A DNA stretch of 64,000 bases from a virus. Position numbers and translations under genes: made by a program. Shown here one piece after another: positions 26,271 to 36,509 of the stretch (the stretch's first letter is position 1; the number at the start of each line of letters is the position of its first letter). The notes beneath the pieces were generated by a model that was not told where the DNA came from, searched no databases, and was given only the letters and a program-made list of their open reading frames with translations. The stretch lies in the IMG/VR virus record IMGVR_UViG_3300028025_003013, positions 1 to 64,000 of that record. One strand, written 5' to 3'.

Positions 26271-27215
26271 ATGATGAATGCCGTGAAAACTACTGTGAAT
26301 TTCGATCGTGTTACTGGTAAAAACATTGTGATGGTCGGTGATGCTGGTCCTTTTAAGACTGCAAAAACTGGCGTTGAATTAGAACGTGCTGTTGAATTCT
26401 TTTTTAAGAAAGCCACTGGCGTGAAAAAAGATTACGATCAAATTATGGGTGGTGTGTCTGTGTCCTCTGAGCCAAAAGAAGAAAAGTATGACATCAATAC
26501 ACGATTCGGTTTCGTCGAGAAACTCGTGTCGATGGTTGCGTCTGGTGTCCAGCCCTCTGCTGTGATTACTGGTTCTGGTGGTCTCGGTAAGACATACACT
26601 GTTACAAAAACATTGCAGTCTTCTGGCTACAAAGATATCTCTGACTTGGCTGAGTTCCAAGTCGGTTCTGTGATTAACACTCGCAAGTGCTTTACCTTTG
26701 TTAAAGGTTATTCTACTCCAAAGGGTTTGTATCGCACTCTGTTCGAAAACAACAAGTCCATCATCGTGTTTGATGATTGCGATGCAGTGTTGAAAGATCC
26801 AGTTGCTTTGAACCTGTTGAAAGGTGCTTTGGATTCTTACGGCAAACGTATCATCAGCTGGAATGCTGACATGCGTGACGATGACCTGCCACGTAGCTTC
26901 AACTTCGAAGGTCGTGTGATTTTCATTAGCAACATGAGCCAAGACAAAATTGATCAGGCTATCCGTAGTCGTTCAATGATGATTGATCTGAGCATGACTC
27001 TTGACCAGAAGATTGATCGTATGGAGCACATTGCTTTGTCTGATGAGTTTATGCCTGAGTACACAAAGACTCAGAAGCAAGATGCTCTGGGTTTGATCCG
27101 TGACATCAAAGATGAAGCCAAGGAAATTTCCCTGCGCACTTTGATCTCGGTTACCAAGATCCGTGCCAGCAACGATGACTGGAAAGATCTTGCTACTTAC
27201 ATGTTGACTGCTTAA
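26271..27215 (+). CDS. AAA+/P-loop ATPase
   Basis: GSGGLGKT Walker A, VFDDCD Walker B, AIRSRS arginine finger. Confidence 0.88.
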   Translation: MMNAVKTTVNFDRVTGKNIVMVGDAGPFKTAKTGVELERAVEFFFKKATGVKKDYDQIMGGVSVSSEPKEEKYDINTRFGFVEKLVSMVASGVQPSAVITGSGGLGKTYTVTKTLQSSGYKDISDLAEFQVGSVINTRKCFTFVKGYSTPKGLYRTLFENNKSIIVFDDCDAVLKDPVALNLLKGALDSYGKRIISWNADMRDDDLPRSFNFEGRVIFISNMSQDKIDQAIRSRSMMIDLSMTLDQKIDRMEHIALSDEFMPEYTKTQKQDALGLIRDIKDEAKEISLRTLISVTKIRASNDDWKDLATYMLTA

Positions 27216-27225
27216 GGAGAAAGGT

Positions 27226-27459
27226 ATGAGTATAATGGCTGAGATGGTTATGGAAATACAATCTGATATCGCTGATGGTATCCTGTCCTTTGGTGCAATT
27301 GCTGAACGATATAACATTAATCGTGCGGATGTGGAATTGATTGCCGATGAGATGATGGAACAGCAATACGATGAGTCAATGGATGGTGACTTTGATTCTG
27401 CCATGGCCAGTGCTGGTTATGGAACTGACGAAGATTATGGTTATTATGGAGATGAATGA
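27226..27459 (+). CDS. small acidic protein
   Basis: DGDFDSAMASAGYGTDEDYG. Confidence 0.65.
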   Translation: MSIMAEMVMEIQSDIADGILSFGAIAERYNINRADVELIADEMMEQQYDESMDGDFDSAMASAGYGTDEDYGYYGDE

Positions 27460-27700
27460 TATGTACGTATCTTATACTGAAGCCCGAGTGGCTACCCTAC
27501 AATATAATCAAGAGCATGGTTCGTTCTTTGATCGTGGATCCGCTGACTCATACTATGGTCGTGAACCGATTCCCCATCGTGGTGGTGTAGGTGGTGCTTC
27601 TGGTCCAAGAATTGAATCCAACCATCCTGAAGATGTTCAGGCTTACATGGCTGGTTATGAGTTCAACGAAATGTATGGCGACAAGAAAGACTGGGGTTAA
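27452..27700 (+). CDS. hypothetical protein
   Basis: HGSFFDRGSADSYYGR...AYMAGY. Confidence 0.7.
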   Translation: MNDMYVSYTEARVATLQYNQEHGSFFDRGSADSYYGREPIPHRGGVGGASGPRIESNHPEDVQAYMAGYEFNEMYGDKKDWG

Positions 27701-27701
27701 A

Positions 27702-27902
27702 ATGATATTAGAAATGGCCAATGGCTCTAAAAGAAAGTTTGATGTCAACAACAAGAAAGATGTTGAGTTGTATAGAACTTTTTTAATGACTCGTCGTTGG
27801 GGTGGCACTGGTTGTCCTTTTGTTTTAGAATTCCCGCATCTGACGATCCCAGATATGATCAAAGATAAGATGATGCATAAGTATATGAAGATAGAAATTT
27901 AA
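27702..27902 (+). CDS. hypothetical protein
   Basis: WGGTGCPFVLEFPHLTIP. Confidence 0.6.
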   Translation: MILEMANGSKRKFDVNNKKDVELYRTFLMTRRWGGTGCPFVLEFPHLTIPDMIKDKMMHKYMKIEI

Positions 27903-27976
27903 GTCTCGCTGGTGTAATGGCAGCACGATGGTCTCCAAAACCATTAGTCGGAGTTCGAGTCTCTGGCGGGATGCCA
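27903..27976 (+). tRNA. tRNA-Trp(CCA)
   Basis: ATGGT-CT-CCA-AA-ACCAT, CCA. Confidence 0.9.
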
Positions 27977-27982
27977 AATAAT

Positions 27983-28057
27983 GCAGGTATAATTCAGTGG
28001 TAGAATGTCTCGTTGCCAACGAGAATGTCGTCGGTTCGAACCCGACTACCTGCTCCA
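27983..28057 (+). tRNA. tRNA-Gly(GCC)
   Basis: Canonical, U73, CCA. Confidence 0.92.
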
Positions 28058-28064
28058 CGTTTTC

Positions 28065-28138
28065 GCAGGGTTCGTATAGTGGTAATACCTTAGCCTTCCA
28101 AGCTAATGCTGAGAGTTCGATTCTCTTACCCTGCTCCA
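28065..28138 (+). tRNA. tRNA-Gly(TCC)
   Basis: Canonical, U73, CCA. Confidence 0.92.
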
Positions 28139-28142
28139 ATTT

Positions 28143-28218
28143 GCTGATATGGCTCAGTCGGTAGAGCACATCCTTGGTAAGGATGAGGTCACCAGTTCGA
28201 TTCTGGTTATCAGCACCA
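28143..28218 (+). tRNA. tRNA-Thr(GGT)
   Basis: Canonical, CCA. Confidence 0.93.
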
Positions 28219-28269
28219 TAGTTTGGAAACAGACTTGACGGAAACTTCAAATTGGAGTATAATTATATT

Positions 28270-28557
28270 ATGAATGATCTCTTTAAACCTACCTTTGACT
28301 GGATTCGTGATGACTTTGTTAGTAATCGCACTCGTTTTCTTGTGGAGTTGCTTGCTTGGGCTATCAGCATTGGCTGTAGTATCACGATGGCACTCACTGT
28401 CCCCACTCCCCCTCTTCTTGCTTTGTACCCTGTTTGGATCGCTGGTTGCGCCATGTATGCTTGGGCTGCTTATACTCGGCAATCGTTTGGGATGTTGGCT
28501 AACTACATCCTGCTTACCCTTATCGACACAGTGGGTTTGATAAGGATGCTAACATGA
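28270..28557 (+). CDS. small 3-TM membrane protein, leaderless
   Basis: ATG 6 nt after TATAAT 28258-63. Confidence 0.7.
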   Translation: MNDLFKPTFDWIRDDFVSNRTRFLVELLAWAISIGCSITMALTVPTPPLLALYPVWIAGCAMYAWAAYTRQSFGMLANYILLTLIDTVGLIRMLT

Positions 28558-28726
28558 AGTGGTTACGCTATTCAGGTATAACTTTGGGGATGACTCTCAA
28601 TCCCTTTCACTGGACGTTTGTTGCTCGTTGGATTAAGCCAACTGATATGGATCCCTGTCAATATGGGTTCTATGTTTCGCTGGGATTTATTTGGTTGCGT
28701 ATATGGATTGATAATGGAGACTGGTA

Positions 28727-28930
28727 ATGAAAATCGAAGATGCAGATTTTGTTTTGACAAGAAGCCAAATTTTAAAGCTGGCAGAATTGGCCAATCATTT
28801 TAAAGACACAAAGTTTTTTAATCTGTACGAAACCAATGACAATGGTATCGGACCATCAACGCATGTTCGGTTCGATCTGTTTGAAGAGGATGATACGAAA
28901 CTTAACATAACTGATGTGAGTACATGGTAA
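28727..28930 (+). CDS. hypothetical protein
   Basis: GGAG RBS; GIGP...ITDVSTW. Confidence 0.6.
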   Translation: MKIEDADFVLTRSQILKLAELANHFKDTKFFNLYETNDNGIGPSTHVRFDLFEEDDTKLNITDVSTW

Positions 28931-29142
28931 TGGACGACAACAAACTTGAGAAAATCGCTTATGAGATTGATGACTTTCTTGCAGAGTTGATTACGAAGTA
29001 TGAATTGGATGCGCTTGTTGCATCATCTATCATACTGGCTCGTTTGACTCGCATGAATGTTGAGGTAGATGGCGGAGAAGAATTTAAAAACCTAATGCGT
29101 AGCGCAATGGGTAAGACACTTGAACGAAATAATATACACTAG
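28930..29142 (+). CDS. hypothetical protein
   Basis: TAATG-coupled ORF. Confidence 0.6.
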   Translation: MDDNKLEKIAYEIDDFLAELITKYELDALVASSIILARLTRMNVEVDGGEEFKNLMRSAMGKTLERNNIH

Positions 29143-29150
29143 GAAAAACT

Positions 29151-30023
29151 ATGAAAATCGCAATTTGCTCGGATGTCCACCTTGAATTTGGACAATTGAA
29201 TTTGGAGAATACTGACAATGCTGAAGTTCTTGTTCTATCTGGTGATATCTGTACTGCTGTTGATCTTCGTGTTACCGATAGCATTCTTTCTTCTGCCAAA
29301 ACTGATCGCTATCTTGATTTCTTTACTGCTTGTAGTCGTAACTTTCCTCATGTGGTGTATGTCATGGGCAATCATGAGCATTATCATGGCGACTATGCTA
29401 CTTCTGCTGGTTTTCTAAAAGATGCCATGAAGCAATGTGGTGATAACATTCACTTCCTCGACAAAGAAGTTTGGGAACTGAACGACCATGTGTTTATCGG
29501 TGGCACTCTTTGGACTGACATGAATGGCGAAGATGAGATGACGATGAATCATGTGTCTCGTCGTATGAACGATTTTCAGATCTGTGAGAACAGTGCGGAG
29601 ATGGTTAACTACAGAACATTTGATACTGAAGATGACCACAAGAAAGTACGATTCAAAACTCGTCCAGCAACTTTGTCTCCAAGGCATGTAGTGGAAGACC
29701 ACAAAGCCATGCTAAAGGTAATTGAAGATACTTACGACAACACTCCTCCATGGAAGACTATTGTTGTTTGTACGCATCATGCACCAAGCAAAGGTTCTGA
29801 GCATCCACGTTACAAGACGGATCAATTGATGAATGGTGCTTACAATTCTCAGTTGGATGGCTTTATCATGGATCGTCCAGGTATCAAACTGTGGACTCAT
29901 GGTCACACTCATGAAGACTTTGACTACATGATTAAAGGTTGCCGTGTTGTTTGCAACCCTCGTGGTTACATTAACTACGAAGATCGTGCAGATCGTTTCG
30001 AACTTAAATTTGTTGAGGTATAA
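29151..30023 (+). CDS. calcineurin-like metallophosphoesterase
   Basis: SDVHLE, LSGDI, MGNHE, THHAP, HGHTH. Confidence 0.92.
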   Translation: MKIAICSDVHLEFGQLNLENTDNAEVLVLSGDICTAVDLRVTDSILSSAKTDRYLDFFTACSRNFPHVVYVMGNHEHYHGDYATSAGFLKDAMKQCGDNIHFLDKEVWELNDHVFIGGTLWTDMNGEDEMTMNHVSRRMNDFQICENSAEMVNYRTFDTEDDHKKVRFKTRPATLSPRHVVEDHKAMLKVIEDTYDNTPPWKTIVVCTHHAPSKGSEHPRYKTDQLMNGAYNSQLDGFIMDRPGIKLWTHGHTHEDFDYMIKGCRVVCNPRGYINYEDRADRFELKFVEV

Positions 30024-30113
30024 TATGGGACTGTTGAAGTCTATTCGTGAATGGTTTGTCAATGCGTTTAAAACTAGATGCACTGGCGACTGCAACCAAG
30101 GAAGGAACTGCAC

Positions 30114-30449
30114 ATGTCGGATTACAGACCAGATAAGTGGGTAGTTGTTAAAATTACTAGCAAAGAATATCCAGCAATTCATAAGGTGTTTGCCTGTTGG
30201 TATGGTGGATGGGCTGGTTCTGATTCATGGAAGCTGAACAGTGGTATTACCAAAGCTACTCTCGAAGGCAATGTATATTCCTTTGAGGGTAGTTCTGGTT
30301 CTGTTTATGAATGTCACAAAGACTGCTACGGAACGAATGGGTATGGTAGTGGTGTTCTCAATAATATGATTGACAGAGTTGAGAAGATTGGTGGAACAGT
30401 AGAAGTCCTACCAGAAGAAACGAATTGGTTGGAGATAAATTATGAGTAA
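30114..30449 (+). CDS. hypothetical phage protein
   Basis: YRPDKWVVV...GSDSWKLNSGI. Confidence 0.75.
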   Translation: MSDYRPDKWVVVKITSKEYPAIHKVFACWYGGWAGSDSWKLNSGITKATLEGNVYSFEGSSGSVYECHKDCYGTNGYGSGVLNNMIDRVEKIGGTVEVLPEETNWLEINYE

Positions 30450-31062
30450 ACCCTGCAATGAACATCCTGATGCACCCCATGGGTTCATGCGAGACGCATC
30501 TCATGACGCAGGGGAATACGTTTGTGAATGTCATTTTTGGAACCCAGAGGAAGACTATCATAGCGACAAAGGTTATGAAGTTGGAACATTGGAAGATTGT
30601 GAAGCATTTGACCGAAAACGAAATATGAAGTATACTATAACTGTAGAGGAAGATCCTGTAACTGGTGAACTTGTTTTACCTTTTACGGATGAAATCATAG
30701 AGCAAGTGGGCTGGAAGATCGGTGATACGATCGACTGGAAAGATAATCATAATGGGAGTTTTACCTTGAGCAAAGTTGATAAAGTTTGGGTAATGGTTGA
30801 TACGATCTTTACCTATCGCATGCGTTACTGCGTGCAAGCACCTGCCAGCAATCCAGAGTATGCTTTGGATGACGTAACGATGGAAACTGCAAAAGAGTTT
30901 TCGCAGTTGCCTATTGGGGAACACATTGTTTCTCATCGAGTTGTTTCTGAAGCAGAAGCAATCGCCATGTGTGATGTTGACAATGACTACTGCAAAGAAT
31001 GGACTTCTGAAAAGAAGGTTGAAGTGTTTTTTACTAAAGAAGGTGAAAAGGTACAACTATGA
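30442..31062 (+). CDS. composite hypothetical protein with AbrB-like segment
   Basis: VEEDPVTGELVLPF...GWKIGDTIDW. Confidence 0.65.
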   Translation: MSKPCNEHPDAPHGFMRDASHDAGEYVCECHFWNPEEDYHSDKGYEVGTLEDCEAFDRKRNMKYTITVEEDPVTGELVLPFTDEIIEQVGWKIGDTIDWKDNHNGSFTLSKVDKVWVMVDTIFTYRMRYCVQAPASNPEYALDDVTMETAKEFSQLPIGEHIVSHRVVSEAEAIAMCDVDNDYCKEWTSEKKVEVFFTKEGEKVQL

Positions 31063-31361
31063 AATATACGCTGACATGTGAACAAGGTTCTTTTAAGAAC
31101 ACAGTGCAGTTTGAAGAAGACTTCCTGCCGTCTGTTCTAGAGAATATGCAACTGTTTTTAAAGGGTTGTGGCTTTCACTTTGATGGTACGTTGGATATCA
31201 TTAACGAAGAAACTGAAGAACTGTATAGCGACACCCATGACTTTCGTGGTATGGACTGGGAACAAACTGTTAAGGTTACTAACCTTAACCAGACAGATAT
31301 GTTTGACTCCATGGATCTTCAGCATGCACCCAATTACTACGATACAGAGAGAAACAAATAA
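31059..31361 (+). CDS. hypothetical protein
   Basis: FLKGCGFHF motif. Confidence 0.65.
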   Translation: MKYTLTCEQGSFKNTVQFEEDFLPSVLENMQLFLKGCGFHFDGTLDIINEETEELYSDTHDFRGMDWEQTVKVTNLNQTDMFDSMDLQHAPNYYDTERNK

Positions 31362-31714
31362 TGGGAATGCCACTTGATGTTCTTTTGTTTCAGCAGGCAT
31401 GTGACCAGAAATCTTCTGAGGCTAACGCTGATCTATACAAACTGTTGATCTCAGAAGAGGTCAAAGAGTTTTGGGATGCTGATGCTGAAGAAGATGACGT
31501 AGAAAGATTGGATGCCTGCATGGATATGATCTGGGTTATACTTGGATACTGTCACATGAAAGGTTACAATGTTGCTGGCGCATGGGACGAAGTTGTTCGT
31601 ACCAATATGGCAAAGGTTGATCCAGTAACAGGCAAAGTCCGTCGTCGTGAAGACGGAAAGATTCTTAAACCAGAAGGGTGGAAGCCACCCGATATGAGTA
31701 AATTTATAAAATGA
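31361..31714 (+). CDS. MazG/PRA-PH-like NTP pyrophosphohydrolase
   Basis: LISEEVKE, DACMD, EVVRTNMAK, RREDGKILKP. Confidence 0.85.
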   Translation: MGMPLDVLLFQQACDQKSSEANADLYKLLISEEVKEFWDADAEEDDVERLDACMDMIWVILGYCHMKGYNVAGAWDEVVRTNMAKVDPVTGKVRRREDGKILKPEGWKPPDMSKFIK

Positions 31715-32211
31715 TTACGTTATACTTAGACATGGATGGTGTGCTTTGTGATTTTCATAAAGCATACATCGCACTACCTGGAGTTGTTCCAGGAGAATTC
31801 GATCGCAAGAAATTTCGATCAGCAGTTCTCGATTACAAAATCTTTGAAGATCTGGATATGATGCCAGACACTCAAGAACTGTTGAACCATGTTTCTAAGT
31901 TAAATGTTAAAATTGAGATCCTGACTTCCATGGGTACGCATGACCCATTTCAGGGTAACGAAGCCAAGCATCAGAAACAACACTGGTTGAACAAGCATAA
32001 CATTCCTTACAGGGCTAACTTTGTTCGCAGTAAGCCAGAAAAGGCTGAGTATGCTACACCAACATCTATCTTGATTGACGACTCTATTGGTTGCGTCAAG
32101 CCATTTGAGTTTGCTGGTGGTCATGCGATCCTTCATACAAAGGCAAAGAAAACTATTGCAGAACTGGATAATCTCATCCTTCAAATCACTGCATTGAGCA
32201 CACTACGATGA
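31711..32211 (+). CDS. HAD-family 5'(3')-nucleotidase
   Basis: YLDMDGVLCDF, ILIDD. Confidence 0.85.
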   Translation: MITLYLDMDGVLCDFHKAYIALPGVVPGEFDRKKFRSAVLDYKIFEDLDMMPDTQELLNHVSKLNVKIEILTSMGTHDPFQGNEAKHQKQHWLNKHNIPYRANFVRSKPEKAEYATPTSILIDDSIGCVKPFEFAGGHAILHTKAKKTIAELDNLILQITALSTLR

Positions 32212-32744
32212 ACATCTTCTATCTTGATAATGATCCGAAAGTCTGTGCAGAAATGCATGTTGATAAACATTGCGTAAAGATGATACTTGAATATGCTCAA
32301 CTTCTTTCTACTGCTCATCGTATTCTTGATGGCACTGAATTTACTGGCGTCAGTAAAACTGGTCGGAAACAAACTCGATTCGTTCTTTCTGACAGCCGTG
32401 AATCTGTTCTGTATAGTGCTACTCATGTCAACCATCCTTCAGCTGTTTGGGTAAGAAAGTCCTACGAAAACTATGAGTGGTTGTATCAACTGTTCGTTTC
32501 GTTGCTGAACGAATATACCTATCGCTACGGCAAAGTTCATGCGACACAAAGGTTAGTGGATGACCTGTATACACCACCAAGCAATATCCCGAAGGGTATC
32601 GGATTCACCGAACCAACCCCAGCCATGCCAGACACCTACAAAGTCTCTGGCGATTCCATTTCGTCATATAAAAACTACTACCTCGGTGACAAACAGAGGA
32701 TGTTCTCATGGAAAAATCGTCCAACACCAAACTGGATTCGCTAA
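32208..32744 (+). CDS. pyrimidine-dimer DNA glycosylase/endonuclease V-like protein
   Basis: MNIFYLD, DKHCVKMILEYAQLLSTAH, HVNHPSAVW, EYTYRYGKVH. Confidence 0.82.
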   Translation: MNIFYLDNDPKVCAEMHVDKHCVKMILEYAQLLSTAHRILDGTEFTGVSKTGRKQTRFVLSDSRESVLYSATHVNHPSAVWVRKSYENYEWLYQLFVSLLNEYTYRYGKVHATQRLVDDLYTPPSNIPKGIGFTEPTPAMPDTYKVSGDSISSYKNYYLGDKQRMFSWKNRPTPNWIR

Positions 32745-32773
32745 ATACTATTATCCCATTACTGGAACATTGA

Positions 32774-33016
32774 ATGCCTACATATAGTTTTAGAAATAAA
32801 AACACTGGTGAGATACATGATGAAGTTATGCGCATCGCTGCTAGAGAGCAGTATCTACTAGATAATCCCCAACTCGAATCAATCATAACAAGTGCACCTG
32901 CATTTGCTGGGGATCATATCACAATCAAAACCGACTCAGGATTTAAGGAGGTGCTACAGAAGATACATGAACGAACCCCAGGAAGTCAGCTAAACAAATC
33001 TTCATCTCAACTCTAA
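32774..33016 (+). CDS. FmdB-like small protein
   Basis: MPTYSF...DSGFKEVLQKI. Confidence 0.7.
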   Translation: MPTYSFRNKNTGEIHDEVMRIAAREQYLLDNPQLESIITSAPAFAGDHITIKTDSGFKEVLQKIHERTPGSQLNKSSSQL

Positions 33017-33026
33017 GGAAGTCTAA

Positions 33027-33794
33027 ATGGCTCGTACCGCAGCAGCAAAAAGAATAGATAATGTACAAAGTGAGCCAGTTAAATTAAAGACAGTGAATAA
33101 TCAATTACGCATACGAATTGATGACCTAAAAACTTTTCAACCCTTAACAGACAATCAAAAGTTATTCTTTGAAGCGTATAAACGTGGTGACTATTTCATG
33201 GCACTGCATGGTGTCGCTGGAACAGGTAAAACCTTTTGTGCGTTATACAAAGCGATTGAAGAGGTACTGGATAAAGCAAATCCTTTCAACAAGATTATTG
33301 TAGTTCGTTCCGCAGTTCAGTCTCGTGAGATTGGACACTTACCAGGAGATGTGGATGAGAAGATGGAAATCTATCAACAGCCATATCGTCAGATTTGCCA
33401 TACACTGTTCGATCGCAAAGACGCATGGGACAGATTAGAAGAACAACATCATATCGAATTCATCTCTACCTCATTCATTCGTGGTATGTCCTTTGATGAT
33501 GCAATCATTATTGTTGACGAGATGCAGAATATGACGTATGAGGAAATTGATACAGTCATGACACGTGTTGGTTATCGCTCCAAGATTATCTGGTGCGGAG
33601 ACTATCGTCAGACTGATCTAAATAGACGTAAGAACGATGTTACAGGAATTCTTAAATTCTTTGACATCGCCCAGCACATGAGTGCTTTCACAAGAATTGA
33701 ATTTACCGTAGATGACATTGTACGTTCGTCTTTGGTTAAAGATTATATTTTGGCCAAACTCCGTTACGAAGATTACGAGGATAAAAAGAAATGA
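33027..33794 (+). CDS. phoH: PhoH-family ATPase
   Basis: GVAGTGKT, GHLPGD, FIRGMSF, IVDEMQN, GDYRQTD, DIVRS. Confidence 0.93.
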   Translation: MARTAAAKRIDNVQSEPVKLKTVNNQLRIRIDDLKTFQPLTDNQKLFFEAYKRGDYFMALHGVAGTGKTFCALYKAIEEVLDKANPFNKIIVVRSAVQSREIGHLPGDVDEKMEIYQQPYRQICHTLFDRKDAWDRLEEQHHIEFISTSFIRGMSFDDAIIIVDEMQNMTYEEIDTVMTRVGYRSKIIWCGDYRQTDLNRRKNDVTGILKFFDIAQHMSAFTRIEFTVDDIVRSSLVKDYILAKLRYEDYEDKKK

Positions 33795-34405
33795 TTACTG
33801 TAGAACAATTTACCGAAATGTTCCCAAAGAACAAAAACCCACAGGCATGGACAGCAGCACTAAATGAAGTGTTGCCTACCTACAAGATTGATACACCAGA
33901 ACGCATTGCATCGTTCCTTGCTCAGTGTGGTCATGAGTCTGCTGGATTCACTGTGCTTCAAGAAAACCTAAACTACTCTGCTGATGGTCTAAACAAGATC
34001 TTCAAGAAATATTTTCCTACACTTGATTCCGCACAACCATACGCACGCAAGCCAGAGATGATTGCTAATCGTGTTTATGGTGGTCGCATGGGCAATGGCG
34101 ACGAATCGTCTGGTGAAGGATATAAGTTCCGTGGACGTGGTCCGATCCAGTTGACTGGTAAAGACAACTACGCTGCATGCTCTGACTTTTTGTTCCAAGA
34201 CGACACATTGATTCAGAATCCAGATATGCTTCTTGATCCAGAGTACGCATTGCACTCAGCATGCTGGTTCTGGTGGAAGAATGATCTAAACAACTACGCA
34301 GACTCTGCTGATCTAGTTACCATGACCAAGCGTATCAATGGTGGCACTATCGGTCTCGAAGATCGTATTAAACATTACAATCATGCGATGGAAATCTTTG
34401 CGTAA
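33791..34405 (+). CDS. glycoside hydrolase family 19 endolysin
   Basis: FLAQCGHESAGF, ENLNYS, FRGRGPIQLTGKDNY, TKRINGG. Confidence 0.92.
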   Translation: MITVEQFTEMFPKNKNPQAWTAALNEVLPTYKIDTPERIASFLAQCGHESAGFTVLQENLNYSADGLNKIFKKYFPTLDSAQPYARKPEMIANRVYGGRMGNGDESSGEGYKFRGRGPIQLTGKDNYAACSDFLFQDDTLIQNPDMLLDPEYALHSACWFWWKNDLNNYADSADLVTMTKRINGGTIGLEDRIKHYNHAMEIFA

Positions 34406-35058
34406 TGTTCAACCGCATATATCATGATATTCCAAAATTGGAACGTGCCACCGCACCTGATGGCAGTCGAGTTTATAAGACGCCATCGGGTCGAGCCTAT
34501 CCTAGCGTCACAACAGTTACGGGACAGTACAACAAAGCAGCAATCATCGAATGGAGAAACCGAGTCGGAGAAGCAGAAGCCAACCGAATCAGTTCAACAG
34601 CTGCAAAGCGTGGAACCAGAGTCCATACCCTGTGCGAATCCTATCTCAACAATGAGTCTGTTGAACCAAATATGTTTGATGCAGAGACTTTCAAAGCAAT
34701 CAAACCATACCTAGATAACATACAAGACATTCACTGTCTTGAAACTGCGTTATACTCAGACCACTTAGAAGTTGCAGGAACAGTTGATTGCATCGCTAAA
34801 TATAATGGTAAGATGTCTGTCATTGACTTTAAAACTTCCAAGAGAAGAAAGAGTCGTGATGATATTCACAATTACTTTATGCAATGCTCTGCCTATGCAG
34901 TCGCCTTTGAAGAACGCACTGGTGTTCCTGTAGGTAAGATTGTTATCATAATGGCAGTTGATGATGACGACACGATAATCTTTGAAGAGAATCGTGATGA
35001 GTGGATCAATGGGTTCATTGGACTCAGAGCGGATTACAAATCTTGGAAAGGTATTTAA
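34405..35058 (+). CDS. PD-(D/E)XK exonuclease
   Basis: YPSVTTV, RGTRVH, AGTVDCI, IDFKTS, QCSAY. Confidence 0.9.
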   Translation: MFNRIYHDIPKLERATAPDGSRVYKTPSGRAYPSVTTVTGQYNKAAIIEWRNRVGEAEANRISSTAAKRGTRVHTLCESYLNNESVEPNMFDAETFKAIKPYLDNIQDIHCLETALYSDHLEVAGTVDCIAKYNGKMSVIDFKTSKRRKSRDDIHNYFMQCSAYAVAFEERTGVPVGKIVIIMAVDDDDTIIFEENRDEWINGFIGLRADYKSWKGI

Positions 35059-35192
35059 TGAACGACAAGATGAAGATATGCATAGTGTGTGTAGAGTACA
35101 ATGCAGAAAAGAAAGTCTGTAACAAATGTGGATGCTACATGCCGTTAAAGAGTACGATTCCCTTTGCCAAGTGTCCACTGGGTAAATGGTAA
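35058..35192 (+). CDS. small Cys-rich protein
   Basis: CIVC...CNKCGCYMPLK...CPLGKW. Confidence 0.7.
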   Translation: MNDKMKICIVCVEYNAEKKVCNKCGCYMPLKSTIPFAKCPLGKW

Positions 35193-35233
35193 TCATGGAA
35201 CGATTGACTTAAATTTAAAAATAGGGTAAACTT

Positions 35234-35437
35234 ATGTTATATCTTGATTACACCTTTGATCTAAATGATAACATGATCGGGTTCGACAAGGAATTAAAAC
35301 TCCATGGGCATGTTAATGGAAACAGTTGGGGCAATTTGCCTGAGAGTTGGAAAGAGGGAGATCTTTGGAAACTCATGCTCGATGCCAACGGAAAAGTTTG
35401 TATGATGAGGATTAAGGATAGTGCAAGTAACATTTAA
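35234..35437 (+). CDS. hypothetical protein
   Basis: ORF after TTGACT promoter-like motif. Confidence 0.55.
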   Translation: MLYLDYTFDLNDNMIGFDKELKLHGHVNGNSWGNLPESWKEGDLWKLMLDANGKVCMMRIKDSASNI

Positions 35438-35571
35438 ATTGGTTGAGTACAGAGATGCTGGTATGATGACATACACATACTTCTGGACATTGAACAGTAA
35501 ACATGTTGGACCATATTTTAATAGTGAGAGCGAAGCAAAAGATTGGCTGAACGAAAGATTGGCCATTTGAT

Positions 35572-35890
35572 ATTGCTGTATGAAGCAAAGAGAAAAGTGT
35601 CTTGGACGAGGGTTCGATTCCCTCCACCTCCACCAAAAGTATTCTAAACTGGACGCAGGATCTAAGAAGGTTAAAAGTGGGTTGATCACCACAAGTAAGC
35701 TGGAGATCGAGAATGCTTTTGATGGGGGTGACTAGGTTTCGACAGGGCAACAAGTAAATGCGTGGACAGCACGACACAGATAGTCGTAAAAAGTAAAACA
35801 ACGTAAACGCAAACGACGAACAGTTCGCATTAGCAGCCTAAACACTGCTTAGGGTTTCGGTAGCTTTCCTCGTAACAGAATAAGCTACCA
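35572..35890 (+). ncRNA. ssrA: permuted two-piece tmRNA
   Basis: T-arm + CACCTCCACCA (to 35635) precedes GGGGGTG...TTCGAC (from 35724); tag ANDEQFALAA* at 35809-35841. Confidence 0.92.
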
Positions 35891-36043
35891 CAAATTTGAG
35901 AGTTGGTAGGTCTCTTTAAAACCTATCGTTAGTTAGTCTTTGCTAATCAACAGCAACCGATACCTTAGTATCTTGTACTGTAATGATGGTGACGAAGCTG
36001 ATGAATTTGTTAGTTTAACTTTTTAATTTTCTAAGGAAATGAT

Positions 36044-36238
36044 ATGAAAACATTGATCGCTACAATTTTGTCCGCATTCGCTTTGACATCTTTCGCTGCA
36101 GAGCCAGCTAAAGCCACAGCACCTGCACCAGCCAAGGCAACAGCACCAGCTGTAGCTACACCTGCGCCAGCACCTGCTAAGGCAGAGGCTAAGAAAGAAG
36201 AGAAGAAGGTAGAAAAGAAAGCCGAAGCTAAGAAGTAA
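36044..36238 (+). CDS. secreted Ala/Pro/Lys-rich small protein
   Basis: MKTLIATILSAFALTSFA|AEPAKA. Confidence 0.75.
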   Translation: MKTLIATILSAFALTSFAAEPAKATAPAPAKATAPAVATPAPAPAKAEAKKEEKKVEKKAEAKK

Positions 36239-36293
36239 TTAGTTTTGCTGGGTGGGGATGAAAGTCTCCACCCATTTATTCTAAGGAAAACAA

Positions 36294-36509
36294 ATGAAAC
36301 ATTTAATCGCTACACTCTTAATGGCATTTACTGCTAGCACCTTTGCCGCAGAACCAGCCAAAGCCCCACAACAACCTGCTGGTGCCAAAGAGCGCAAGCA
36401 GGTTACCCCAGATTTTAGCAAAAAGAAAGAAAAGGCTCCAGCCAAGAAGCCAACTTCTAAGCCAGTTCCTGCGCCAAAGAAAAAGCCAGCCACTGAGCCA
36501 GCGAAGTAA
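36294..36509 (+). CDS. secreted Ala/Pro/Lys-rich small protein, paralog of the previous ORF
   Basis: MKHLIATLLMAFTASTFA|AEPAKA. Confidence 0.75.
   Translation: MKHLIATLLMAFTASTFAAEPAKAPQQPAGAKERKQVTPDFSKKKEKAPAKKPTSKPVPAPKKKPATEPAK

Noticed and set aside
34405-35058. Cas4-like nuclease as evidence of CRISPR-Cas
   Set aside because: Stand-alone PD-(D/E)XK exonuclease common in T4-like phages; no cas genes or array nearby
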